A stretch of 62,131 bases of DNA, the filler included, from Sluysia triapertura (taxonomy: Eukaryota): the NCBI GenBank assembly GCA_046118255.1. It is 5 parts of 5 records of this genome, joined end to end, with 100 filler letters (N's around TTAATTAATTAA, not from the genome) between each part and the next. Parts side by side here need not be neighbours in the genome. Positions count along the whole stretch, not along the records: positions 37,667 to 49,909 come from JBJNIA010126298.1; positions 50,010 to 62,131 come from JBJNIA010137618.1; 3 more parts are not named here. The stretch is one strand, 5' to 3'. This document shows positions 37,667-51,364 of this stretch, in pieces. The notes below the pieces were generated by a model. That model was not told where the DNA came from and did no database searches. It saw only the letters and a program-made list of their open reading frames with translations. The translations under genes were made by a program, and so were the position numbers. The stretch's first letter is position 1; every line of letters begins with the position of its first letter.

Positions 37667-40319
37667 AATTTTATTCTTGATGATTGTTCTACATCAAGAA
37701 TGTAAATTATGGAATTACTTGAATTGGTAAAAAACAACAAAAATATTCAAATACAAAACAAAGCTTCGTTTGTAAAATCTAACAATTTTAAAATTTTTAG
37801 CGCCCCATCCGGTGCTCGCTCCCTAGTTTGAAATAATGAATTTTATGTCAGTGATACATGCCCAATATTCAAGGTTTAAGGTGACTAAACCATACGCACA
37901 TGCTACTACTACTATTATTGTTGTTATTAATATTATTATTGTTACTACTATTATTGTTGTTATTAATATTATTAAAATATCAATTACTATCTCAATAATT
38001 GATAACGAACCATTGGTTGAATATTTCAGATACCGGTGGTAATGATAGTCAATTTAGTGTGATAAAGCATGAAGTTAATGTGTGAAATGATTATCAACAA
38101 TGATGTTTTGATTGGATAATACAAATTATTTTGGTATTTCAAAATTATTCCATAAGTACATCGTACTATTAACACATTACACACATTATTGATTTATGTA
38201 AACAGTGTAATTCGTTGAAAAATGTAACTTTGTGTTTTTAATATCGAATACTATTTTCTTGTTTTATTTAAAAGTAGTATTTATAAAAAATGTAATAATA
38301 TATAAATATTGTAATAATTTACGTCTAGTCAATTTCATTTTCAAAAAAAAGATAAAACACAACAATGAAGTACTTTTTAATTAATAAAATTATATTAGAA
38401 AAAGCGTTTCAATTGAGATTGAATTAGAAAGAAACTTGCTCATTTCGCATCCGGTTGTATTTTATTTTTCTTTATATTTTATATTTATTTACATTTTGTC
38501 ATTATTATATTTATTGTTCCATAAAACTACAGAACCCGATCAAAATAAAGGTGGATCAGGAGAAGCATTAAAAGAAAAATTTGGAAACCTTGTTGAAGTT
38601 TTATTATAATTTATATATTAATATTTGTGCTTTATATAAATATTTTTATATATAATAAAGTATTGAAAACAGATGGAGAATTTATTTATTTAACATCACT
38701 GTCTTACGAAATGTATTTCTCACGAAGTTTAACGGTTATCACTTAAAAGTTTTAGTATTCGACACAATATTAAATAAAATTATTTAAAAATAAAAATGTA
38801 TTAGTTTAAAAATATACATTTTGTTGTTGGTTATATATTCATTCGTTGTGGTTATATTGCATTTGTTGAATATATTGCTACGTTGACTGAAAATATTATG
38901 TTAAGTTGTAAATATTTGTGTTTTATAATATTTGTTAATTTATTTCTTGTTTAATATTCTTTAATCTATTATATATTTTATACTTTAATTGCTGTTTGTT
39001 ATCATTTCACAGACAGAATTCGGAGGAAGAACTGGAACATGGGCTGAAGCAGGGTCATTCTATAAGACATTTTAAACATTCCAATAGAAATGTCAACTAA
39101 CAATTTGTTTATTAACGATTTATTGAATTTGAAAGTCTCGATTTTATCAAACAGTGCTTTAGCATCAATAAGAAAGTAGTAATCATTGTACGAAAAGAGT
39201 AAGTCAGGCCGTTGACGTTTGATGTGATCAGGATAGAAAAGAGGGAGTACTGAGCATCACACTTAACATCAATGTCATTGTCTCTGAAAAGAGAAGCGAC
39301 AAGTCCAAGTGCTAGGTTGTGGCGCAAGGAGGTAGGGCTGGAGTTGAACAATTATAAAATCCAGTACATTGTAGTAAATAACTACAGCAATGTAAGAATA
39401 TTGAAGAAACCTTTAAGTTCAAACGACGGATATACATAACTATGTTATTGATTAACTTTACTATTCATTTTAACATACAATTAGTTTTACTTATAATCAT
39501 TCGAACGTGCAGTTACTTTACATTTCGCATGCCTACTACACGGATCTGTGATTACCCACATCAACACACAAACTCGTATTTAATTGGTAATAAAAAGGCA
39601 CATTACTACCGGAAACAAAAAAATTTTTTCTTTTTTTTAAAAAATCATTTAAACATCTACTGTGCGATAAAATTACATCAATTTCTGGCTGATGAATTAT
39701 TGGATATAGAAGACTTTATATCGAGAAAACAGAACAATAACTGAAATTTTATTACTTTTTTACGGATAAATTAAAGTGATAGTTAATTTGATATAGCGTT
39801 AAGTTTGCTTCCATTTTACAACTGTATTAAAATACAGGTAAACTTTCTAAAGATGTTCAGTCTTTTAAAACGATTGAGTTGTAAATACAGCTTTAAAATT
39901 GTACAAAGTAGAAATCATCAATTTGAGTTGATAATTTAACAAAATCATTATTAAAATTACAATAATTTTAAATTATCATTTAATATAATTTCAATAAATA
40001 ATTTTATATAATTCGTTATATAATTTTATATCCATAATTATTCTTATCTTAATTGTTATAACATTTTATAATAACCATAACGATTTTCATTCCAATTTAG
40101 TGCACATTTAGTTGCAATTTGGTGTAGTTCTTTACTTGCAGTTTAATATATTTATTAATTAGTTTATTAATTATTAGAATAAATTGACATTCCTTTCGTC
40201 AGACTTAGTTTTCATAATTTAAATCTATAAATTAAATTATAAACACCGAGTATATTAACAAATAGTAACTTTTATTTTTTATGATCTCTAATTTGACATC
40301 TCATATAAACTCAATTTAT

Positions 40320-40550
40320 ATAATCTCGCTTGAAAGTAAGCAGAAAATAAATATTTTTAAAACCTTTAACCATTCGCATTATAAATCTTTTCCTTAACTC
40401 AAACCTTGACATTTCCTTATTAATTATTGAGAAATTATTTAATTATATAGTTCATCTAATTCAATCTAATTTCCGTGTTACTTGTTTTTATATGCGTCCT
40501 ACGAACTAGCCCTTAAGTGCGTACGCCTAGGATCGCAGGGGACTCACACA
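40320..40550 (+). repeat. LTR-like repeat remnant related to 31083-31467
   Basis: Terminal tacgaactagcccttaagtgcgtacgcctaggatcgcaggggactcacaca matches the end of the 31083-31467 element. Left boundary is approximate. Confidence 0.5.
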
Positions 40551-43500
40551 TTACTCTTATTATTATAAACACTTTCATTCATTAGCGTCTCTTCTTCATT
40601 TTAAAAATTATGTTTAATTACAAAATCTGGTCAGAAAAGAATATAAATAGCGGTAAGTAAAAAACTCTAAATTATTATTAAAAAATTAGAAGACAGTTTT
40701 AAATCGGTAGCGAAGATTTCGATACCGACATTTCCAAACGCTAGTGCGATTGATAAAAAACAAAAGGATTTTCTATTTTCACAGAGATTATATACACTTG
40801 ATAAGTGTTAGCTTTGTTTTCGCAAGGTTTTTTAACGGTTTAAAAATCTATAAAATCTACAAAACTTAAAATCTATATCAATAATAGTCAAATGACCTCT
40901 TTTGAAATAGATTCTTTTAAAATCCGTACGGACTAGCAATTCTTGTAAGACTGGGATCAGAGGCGAACTCGTAACATAAAGCTCATTTATTGATCAGGTT
41001 AAGTTTAAGTATTAATAAGAAAAAACCCGACAATTGCAAAGTTAGAAATAAATACATTAAATGATCTGTCAATGCACCGCGTGGTTCAATAACAATGAAG
41101 TTGATTTAATTGATTAATTAAATAAATAAATAATAATGTAATTTTTTAAATTAATATTTAATTAATTAAATACCGTAAAAGCTGAAAAAAAAGTCACATG
41201 GAAATTATAAAAAATAAAATGAAAAATAAATAATACGTCCCATCTGAATATACAGTTTCTTTTTTTAATAATGTAACATTAGTATAAACGAATTATTTTC
41301 TATTTTTACGGTTAACACCACAGTTGATAATATGCTATATATCAATGATTACTTTATCAGTTTCTTTGTAGCAAATGAAAAAATGAAAGAAAAAAACGTT
41401 TCAGTAATTATTTTTTATGAGTTTTATTTTTTTTTATAATTATTTATTATTTTTTTATTTAAAAATTGTACAAAATATTAAATTAATGTTAGATGTGTTT
41501 TTTACAACGTTTGTTTGTTATGTTTATGAAGATGATACTGTTAAAAAATTGTAGCACAATTCTTACAAGGTTGGAGCATAAATGTGGGGATATCTTCAAT
41601 GAAAATATAATAGAATAATATCAATTACAATTCGAATACCAATCACATCCAGTCGATATCTATAATTGCAATCATCATTCGTCATGGATGTGATCAATAA
41701 TAATTGAAAAATAAAAAAATCCAATCAAAGCCTTCTAATTTAACCTATTATTCCACACAATTCAAAACTTAAAGTAAGTGTACAGTAATAATCAAACTAA
41801 CCAATTAGAACTATTTTTGACAATAGTTATTGTTCTTAATTGTTTCGTATAGTTATGAAACCTTTTTTGGTTTTAATGCTTCAGAATTTTAATGTCAATT
41901 CTACGAAAAAGAATTCTATATGGTTGATTGTTCAAATCTCGTACGATTAATACTATAAATGTCTCGATAAAACCTCTAATATTTTATCTATAAATGAATT
42001 AACTCGTTAACAATTTTGTTAAAAAACTAATTATAAAGTTTAGTAAAATGATAATAAAAATATTAAGTTAAAAATTAAGACTGCCCTTAATTTGAACGAT
42101 AATTTTAAATTTTAAAAAATTATTAAATTTTGAGTGTAAAAATAATTTTTCAAAAATAAACAATAAACAAAAATAAAAGTCTGAAGGTTTGTAAGTAATA
42201 ATTGATGTCTATTGGAATATTCAATCAGCAATCGATAAACCGCGATAGTCTTGTTAACATCAACTTGTGTGTGTGTGTGTGTGTCATTTGTTTAGTGTTA
42301 CTTGTTTTATACACTTCCGTGTAGAAGTAATTGTAGTATTTTTTCACATAATAAAATGTATAATATTTTTCACATTAAAATAAAATTATTAAAAATTTTT
42401 TGAGTACAATTTTTTAAACTAAAGTATTTTTACATTTACATTTACAAATATTATTCATTTAATTTTACAAATAACAAAAATTATTCTTCTAAAAATTACA
42501 AATTATCCTATAAAAATTATTCAAGCTATTCTTATTTATTTATTCATTTAAGTTGCAGTTATTAAAAGTTCTAGATTGTCATAACAACCCTATTAAGATT
42601 CCAAAAACAATATAAAGCACTAATCTAACTTCATTTTTCAATATCTTAATTTCTATAAAAGAAAATTCCTTACTAAAAATAGAAAAGAACACTCTATCGA
42701 CTAGTATATAAACTAGCATCAATTGCACTATTTGCTTTATTTTCAATACTTGTGCCATTTGCTTGTTTGTATCAACTTCTTTATGGTGCCAGTGTTAGTT
42801 ATCTTGCTCAATTATTTTCACCAATCAACATTCAATAACGCTTCAAAACAAATTCACATTTTTATAAGGAATTTTTTTATTTTCTCAGAGAAGATAAAAA
42901 TTATAAACTATTACGTATAACTAAGTTTGTAAATTAGTTTTCCGCCCCGATCTATTGAGAGAAAATTTTCTGTAACTAAAATCAAATAGAAAAATTAAAT
43001 ATTGAACAGAATTTTAATTTCAGGTATCGGATTTTTATTATTTTAAATAAAATTTTGTGTCTTTTAATCATTATTTTTGAAAGACATATTGATTTAATTA
43101 AGTTTTAAGTGCGAATAGTTATAGAGACCTCTTTTACTATAACCGAACATTGCTTAATTTTTATTTTTCCGTAGTTTTTAAGTTTAAGAAAACAATAGCA
43201 AAAGAAAAGAATTTTAAAACATAACCTACAAATGGACACTAGAAGATAAATGGGGTAAAGAAAATTTAAATTTAAAATGTATTTTGCCAATAAATTATTT
43301 ATTAACAATCTTAAAAGCAATTTCAAATGTCGTATTTTAAATAATAATATTTTATTACATTATTATTAAATCACTTTAATAATAATATTTCGAGTATTAA
43401 AGAAAATAACATTGAAAACATTTTGAAATCATTGAAGAATTTTAAATATTTATAACTTTAAGACAACAATTGAAGTATTTTGAATACCTTTAAGAATCTC

Positions 43501-43559
43501 AAGAATGTTTGTAAATATTAACAACATTTTAAATAGTTAAAATAATAAAAATAATTATC

Positions 43560-44101
43560 GCAAATAAGTTGAGAATCCATATCGTATTATTGAAAGGGAA
43601 GTCAATGTCCTGGAGTAACACTATGGCCTAGTTGGCCCATTTTTAATGGTGAACGTTATCTTGATATGCTGAAGACTAAAGTGTTTCATATTGTTAGTGA
43701 GTTCCCCCATTTCGGTTACCTTCATTTTTAACAAGATGAAACACCTGCGCAATAGGCCTTTTGGCTCGATGAAACATTTCCTGGACGTTGAATTGGACGC
43801 CGAGGACCAATCGAATGTTCTACCAGATCTCAGGATCTGACACCGTCTGATTTCTTCTATAGACACTTCTAAAGAACATGGTTTAAGCTAAAAAGCCGAG
43901 GATAATTGATCAAATTAAAAAGAATTCAACACGAATAGAACAGAATTTCTGAGGAAACTTGCCAGAAAGTATATCGCACTTGTATTGAAGTTCAAGATGG
44001 ACATTTTGATCATTTGTAAATATATACCTATTAAATTTGTCGTTTTTGATATCTAATTTTTATTTAAGTTTGCCGTTCGGTTACTTTTAGGACATCCTGT
44101 A
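43560..44101 (+). mobile_element. Decayed mariner/maT-like (DD37D-type) transposon, 3' half
   Basis: NGERYLDML, F*QDETPA, WLDETFPGR*IGRRGPIECSTRSQDLTPSDFF and CIEVQDGHFDHL*. Terminus ...ggttacttttaggacatcctg|ta. Confidence 0.85.
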
Positions 44102-44409
44102 TATAATAACCGAAAAATATTTTGTCACCCAATTTAAAAATTGAGAGATATTTACTGTTTTGTTTATATGAATAGGATTTTATTATGTAATCATGTAAAA
44201 TGCATTGAAAACTATTTCATATTCAGTTTAGTTTCTAAAATTAACTATTGGATAATACTTTTGACTATTGTTATAATAATAGTTAGACTAATTTTGTATG
44301 AAAAAAGATTTGGACGCGACACATATTAGTACTTTATTATTTTAGTAAGCAGATTATATGTGCATTATTAAATTTTGATGATTGTGGTTCTTTTTTGTTT
44401 TGAAAATTA

Positions 44410-44457
<48 letters not shown>

Positions 44458-45302
44458 GTAATAATAATACTAAAGGTAATAGTAATAATAATAGTAATAA
44501 TAATGTAAATTACAAAAATACCATTTTTAAAACTCACATGCATCATTTTATACATATCAAGCAATTAGTTGATAGTCACATGTCTTTTAATGACTACTAT
44601 CTTGTTATGATTGGTCAATTTTTTTATTTTGTTGAATAATAATCAGTTACTTTGCAAGTCACAAAGTCTCTAGATTGGCCCTGGACTATTTCTTCGAGGT
44701 CATATTAACAATTATTTACAACCTTATCTGATTTGACGTATTACAACCAATGAAAATGATCAGTTGTTTTCTTGTATGTTTTGAAGATAAAGGGTATCTT
44801 CAGTTACTCATTTTAATCAAATATAATTGTAATAATGGGTATAAAAGTCATTAAAAATTTATTACAAGTAGTCACTGAAGAAAGATGTCTCAAAGTAAAA
44901 TATTTCTAAGTTAAATGTTATTAGTAATATTGATGTATTTGTAACCCATTCATATAAATTGCATTGTTTTCTTCATTGTTATGTCTTCATTAAATGTCAG
45001 TAGTAAATGTTGCAAACGTAGTGATAATAAATAATAAATTTATTGTACTTTCAAAGTTTTTGACGAAACTAATGAATTTATTGTATAAGTTATTACTTTC
45101 CACGGTTTTAAACCTCGGATTACCAAGAAAAAGAAATTGCGTAGATTTTTGCTTTTCTTTGTGGGTGACAGAATATTTATTCTCCTCGAAACATTGTTGA
45201 TGATATGTTTAAATTTTTTCCCTCGAAACACCATCAGTTTGTCCAATCCTACAATGTTTCTTCTTTCTACTTGAAGTTTGACTAATGCAAATTAAAATGA
45301 AA

Positions 45303-45366
<64 letters not shown>

Positions 45367-45423
45367 TCACGTTTTAAATTGTACAAGATATTTATAAAAT
45401 TTCAATAAAAAAAGTTTCAATAA

Positions 45424-45713
45424 TTAATCCTTTGCCGTCCTCTGTCGAGACAGCCCCAACACTAATTTAACATAAACATTGAAACATTTATGTCGAAGAT
45501 GGTCCGATAAGAACGACCAAATAGAAAGCCTCGTTTTATTTTTGAAATGAATGAAGTAAATCCAAAGACTGCGCTGTTTGTGGTGATCGAAAAATAAAAT
45601 GAGGTAGACAAAAAGAAACAGTATATTATTGCTATACGTGCACGCGAAAGCCTGGGATCCATCCTGGGAAATGTTTTAAAAGATATCACACCCTAAAGTA
45701 TTACCAAAGGAAT
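45424..45713. mobile_element. Possible piggyBac-type MITE
   Basis: Begins ttaa|tcctttgccgtcc and ends ...accaaagg, resembling TTAA|CCCTTT termini. GC-richer core. Confidence 0.35.
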
Positions 45714-48700
45714 TCGATATTTTATAAACCAATGTAATATATTGTACTGCTTTTTTTATATTATATAAATATTTCATAAATAAATAAATACAACATAAAC
45801 GTAATTAAATTAATAAATAAATAATTTAATTCGATTTGATTATGTTTTTTGAGTGAAAACTATGTGTTTTCGCTGGAATTAAATAGGACCTGTAGAGTAT
45901 TCAATGGAAATAAAGTTAGAACCACAAAAGGTTAAGTTCAGTATGGTAATTAATTATAAAAAAATAAAATAGCAGAGTTAAACATAAAATTTGCAATTTA
46001 TTACAGAATAATAGTGAATGGAGACAAAATAAAATGATATAAGTATTTAAAGTTAGAAATTATCAATTATTTATACACCTAAGTATTGTTTTTATTGAAT
46101 TTCGAATTAACCTTCATAACATCAATTTAAACAAAATAAAAGTGGGACAATTGATTTTAATCTTTACTCATAAATCCATTAAATCGCGATCTAACTTTAA
46201 TAAAATTAAAATTCTAATAATCAATCCTAATAATAAATAAATCAAAACAAATATTATTTATTGTTATTTTATAAAAGAAAATATTTTATCTTTAGAAAGT
46301 ATTATTAAAAAATGTTTGCAGTTAATGTCTTATTGAAATTATTCAAAATTCGTCTTTCTTGGTAAAGATGTAAAATCAAAACTCGATCTACTAAGTTGCA
46401 TTCCAAATTTTGACGTTAAAAAATTATCAAAAGTTTAATTAATTAAGGTTTAATTTAAATTATTGTATTTATTAGGTCCCAAAATGTCTTGGTTCAAAAT
46501 CCTTTGTTGATTCCTATTTTTGCTGTCGTAATTGGCAATCATCTTTAATCTTGCAACGAATTCTTTCTAAATAACCTCTAGTAAATTTTGATGATTGCTC
46601 AATAAATAGTGTAAACAGATTTTAATTGTTTATCATATTTAAAAGATAGGATGTGAATGCAAAATAGATTAATGGATTTTGATCGTAATTTTATTTAAAA
46701 GACGTTTTTGCCACTATCATTACATTGAGACTGGCACAACCAATAACAAATTGAGCATTTTGTTGAATTTCTTTCGTAGAAGTGTAAAGCGTTAGAAGGA
46801 TCAGAACGTTTTTGAGGTATTGAAGTGTCCTTGAACAATTTGAGATTTTTGGATCTTTAAGATCTTCAGAGGTATTTGAAATCTTTAAAATATTCAAGTT
46901 ATAAAAGTATTGTTAAAATTATTTTACCACCTAATACATGTACAGAACCAGTGGTCTCATGTGATGAGGTATTGCCTCTTGACAATGAGGTATTAATATT
47001 CCTATTTATTAAAACAAGCACTATAATTATTTATGGCTTTTACTAAATTTCATTTTGTGACAACTTTTATTTTCTTTTCTTGTCTAACTGAAATTGAGAT
47101 GTCTTTTTCAATAAAATGTATGCTTCAGTATGTATGATGTGTAGCCACTTCGCATTTCATTGGTTGATTGACGTATTACGTCATAACAACTGTAGTATAT
47201 CAAAATATTTATTATTTATTTGATTCTTTATATAAATGAAATGTATTTGATGTGAGAGTATAAGATGTGAAATAGAAATATTTGATGAGGTAATGTTATG
47301 AGTTAATTGAGTGTTACGGCGTGTGGTATAAGCTGTATAAAGCATTATTTGATGATCTTTGATCTTATCACTATGACTAAGATTACAGGGTGACTTTGTT
47401 TCATTAATGACTCTTCTTGTATTCTTGAAATTTAGATATCCTATTTGTATCTGTTTATTAATTTGGTGCATATATTGCAAGCAGTAATTTGGTTTTCTTT
47501 TCTGATTTATTAAAACTTGTGGATACGAAGTGAATTTCATGAATTATTTTGTAAAAAATGAGTTTTTAGATGATCTGTAGAATGATTTTTTCTACTGGAA
47601 CGTTATAATTGAATGATTTAAAATTAAAACGTTTTTAATTGGCTGATTGTATCAAGAACTGTTAAATTATCTTGGAATACGTGATTTGGATTGGGAATTT
47701 TGTTAGATATGATGTTATTAGTTATTTATTAATTCTGCAATAAAATTAGATGTCATTGATTAAGCCACTTCATTGGAAATATGTGAATATACCGTACAGT
47801 TTTCTAAGTAACTATCTTTGATGACTCTTATGAATGCTTCGATATATTGAGCTTTTAATCATTTGAGACAGTAGATAATTTTAAAATGTTATAAACTTTA
47901 ATAGTAACTTTCTGTTTGACTTATAAGCGCTAGATTGCAACTTGAGTTTAAGATAATTATTTTCTAACACTTATAATAATCTATGGAGGTTGCTGTTCAC
48001 TCGTCTCTGGTGTAAGAGATGGGAGTACAATGTTAAAAGTGAAGTTATTCTCCTCAAAATCAAATAATAAAGACTAAACTGACTAAAAATTTATTTATCA
48101 AATGTAAGCAACAAATCTATGAAATGGATTATATGAAATATAATTATAATTATAATAATAATATATTATTATAATTATAATTATTATATTATATTATAAT
48201 TATATTTTGAATGTTCGTAAATTTCTTTTAAATTTAACACTTAAATTATTTTAAATGTTATTCTGATAAATATTCAAAGTTAAATGTTGATGTCATTTAT
48301 TCAAATAACAATTAGATACCAAATACCAAATATCTTCAATGAATAACTTGAACAATAATCGAATATCAAATGCCTTCAATAAATAACTTGACTGATTCCA
48401 TAGAATACTTCTATTTCTATTCGATTTTTCCATAGTAATGACATTTTCTAATTATTGTAATAAAGTAATATATAGTGAAATTACTTTTTTGATATTATTT
48501 CATTTACACTATAGTTTATTATTTGATAGTATATATGTTATTATTTTTCTCTGTTAATTTTAATTCTTATTTTATTCACTTATTGTTTATTATTATGTTA
48601 TTATTTTTTGTCTTAAATTTTAATTCATATTATATTTTTCTATATAAATTTAACAGTAATTTTATTATTTTAATATAGAATTATATCACTTTTTGTTTTT

Positions 48701-49230
48701 ATAAATATATTTTAATTATTTTCATAATTAATTTTTATTTTTGATTAATTTCTCATAAATAATCTTTACATTAGTATAAAAATATAATAATTACAGCAGA
48801 ATTATTATTATTTTTATTATCAGTATTGTTTCTTACATCATCATTATGACTGCACATAAACCAATGAAGTTTGAATTGATTACTATAGTTGCCAAATGAA
48901 ATTTTATTGATTACACACAAATTAATCACAAATTACAATTATTTATTTTTCAGTTATGATTTTCCACTTGTATTTCATATTAACTTCGTATATTACTGTG
49001 ATATTTCATACAATACACTTGGTCCTTACTTCTAGACACAGTATACACATTCTGTCATAGGAGTAATATCTACTGCAATAATATCAGTACTCAAAACCGT
49101 TAAAAGAAATCATTTATTAAAATATTTTTAAGACAGCTATAATATTAATAATGTTATTACTATAATGATAGTAATAGAATAATAATAATACTAATGGTAG
49201 TAATACTAATAGTACTAATAATAATAATTA

Positions 49231-49535
49231 ATAGAATAATGATAGTGTAATTGACTATAATAAAGGAAAAGTGTTAGATGGGGATGTTAGCTCATAGCCT
49301 CGAAGTGAGCAGCAAGGGAGCCAGATCAGTCCATTTAATGAAGTCTAACATTCGGTGAGCCCACATGTCGAATGCCCTTATAATGTTGAATTAAATGATT
49401 TACAAGAATTTTGAGGTCGCATATAATTGAATTGGGTGAGATATGTTGGGATACAGGCCTAAAGTCCGATAGAATAATGATAGTATAATTGACTATAATA
49501 AAACAAAATTGTTAGACGAGGCTGACAGCTCAGTA
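49231..49535 (+). repeat. Dispersed tRNA-head-containing repeat (copy 2, with terminal redundancy)
   Basis: Homologous to 6522-6730. The leader atagaataatgatagt.taattgactataataaa...gttaga..gg..g..agctca occurs twice (~49231 and ~49469). Confidence 0.75.
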
Positions 49536-49838
49536 GACACTTGGCTTCCACAGGACCGAAATCAAGACCCTGGTACGACTAGCTGTGGAGTCATCAAATA
49601 ACGCATGTCCTACGATGTACCTGAAAAAAGAAAGACAAAGAGAAAGAAGAAACTGAAAATATTATATTAATACATATTCCTTTATATCTTGAAATATTAT
49701 TAGTTAGTAAATTGGGTACTTACTAAGCAAGAAGAAATGGTATTTGGAAATATAATAATAACTATAGATAACAATGAATTATCTGGATTTTGATTAGAAC
49801 ATATTATATAAGTTAGAGTTATATAACAATAAAATAGC

Positions 49839-49909
<71 letters not shown>

Positions 49910-50009
49910 NNNNNNNNNNNNNNNNNNNNNNNNNNNNNNNNNNNNNNNNNNNNTTAATTAATTAANNNNNNNNNNNNNNNNNNNNNNNNNNNNNNNNNNN
50001 NNNNNNNNN
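49910..50009. other. Artificial contig linker
   Basis: N44-TTAATTAATTAA-N44. Confidence 0.97.
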
Positions 50010-50607
50010 GTATTGCATGGAATCGAAAAGTACAATTTTCAAAAATTTTAAAATCTTGATAAAAATTGTTCCGTTAAATTTTATTTTTTTTCTGTCTTTC
50101 GTTCTAAAAAATTTTTTATAATTTATATTCTTTTTTCTTAAATATGTCTTCCAACAATTAATTAAATAATAATAATTTATCTTAATGAAGTTATTTTAAA
50201 TAATTTACTTACTTTAAACAATAATTTATATTTTAAACAAAAATTTTGATTTAAATAAATGTTTTAATTTTATAATTTTTTACTTTAATTTTAAATAAAT
50301 TTTATTTTTAAAATTTTTGATTTTATTTATTTAATTTTCTTTTTTTAAATAATAATAATTTTTTATTTCTCGGATTCCATGTTATTGTAATATTTAATAA
50401 TTAATTTATATTCTAAAATAATTACACTCTGACAATAATTATTCATATTTCTTCTTAATTTTGGACTTTTATCTCCTTTTTCTTCATTGTCACTTGTATA
50501 ATCAAAATTATTCTCATTCTTTTTATACTTATAGGAACGTTCTATAGGTCTTAATTTCTTAATTACTTCTTTAAAAGGTTTTCCTTCTATTAAGGTAACA
50601 TAAGTTA

Positions 50608-51060
50608 TTAATCCTGGTCGTAATCCAATGCTATTACTTTTTTATCTTCAGAGATTTTGGCTCTAGGAACAAGGCTTTTAAGAGCGCAAGCATATTCATA
50701 TACAGATTCATTTGGTTTTTGCATTCTAGTATTTAACATTTTAGCATAATATTTACCCATGTCATCCAGTGCTACCTCTTCTGTGAATGCATTAACAAAT
50801 TCATTCCATGTTTGCTTATTATTATTACTTATTTCTTTATAAGTCTGGATAGCCACTCCAGTTAAATAATTTTGGATCCGTTTTATTTCCACGGCTTTAT
50901 TCCAGCCGTTTGCTTTAGCGATGCTTTCATATTTAAATAGGAAATCGCAGAGATCTTCCTCTGCTCCGTCAAATTTTTTCATTTCAGGTAATGTCATTGT
51001 TAGACGCATTTCTCTGGCTAATTGTGCCATATATTCCTTAAAATCATTAGGTAAAGCCAT
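50608..51060 (-). mobile_element. gag: Ty3/gypsy Gag (capsid) ORF
   Basis: FDGAEEDLCDFLFKYESIAKANGW...YLTGVA..TY...W.EF..AF...RMQKPNESVYEYA..L..L is a Retrotrans_gag pattern with an MHR-like Q..NESV.EY. Confidence 0.88.
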
Positions 51061-51346
51061 ATAATTTCTTGATTTTGATCTATAATCTTTGTTAAGTACA
51101 AGTTACTTATCTATTTTTCTTAAAACTTACTTAATCTATTAGTAATCAACTTAGGAAGTAATAATTTTGCTTAAATTTAATTTATTCTAAATAAAATCGA
51201 AATAAAATTATTCTGAAACTTCTTAAATGCTTAAATGCTTAATTCTTTATATTAATTCTCAAATTCTTCTTTAATTCAATATTAATCCTTGAATTCTTCT
51301 TAAATACTTAATCTTTATGTTTATTTCTATATAAAGTCAATACTGG

Positions 51347-51364
51347 TCCTCACTATGGACACCA
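51347..51364 (-). promoter_or_regulatory. Primer-binding site of the gypsy element
   Basis: TGGTGTCCATAGTGAGGA, ~290 nt upstream of the gag ATG, resembles the common tRNA-Leu PBS TGGTGTCAGAAGTGGGA. Confidence 0.6.

Noticed and set aside
39010-39440. GC-richer segment after a tttcacag acceptor as a host exon
   Set aside because: Multiple stops in the + frames read and no recognisable motif.
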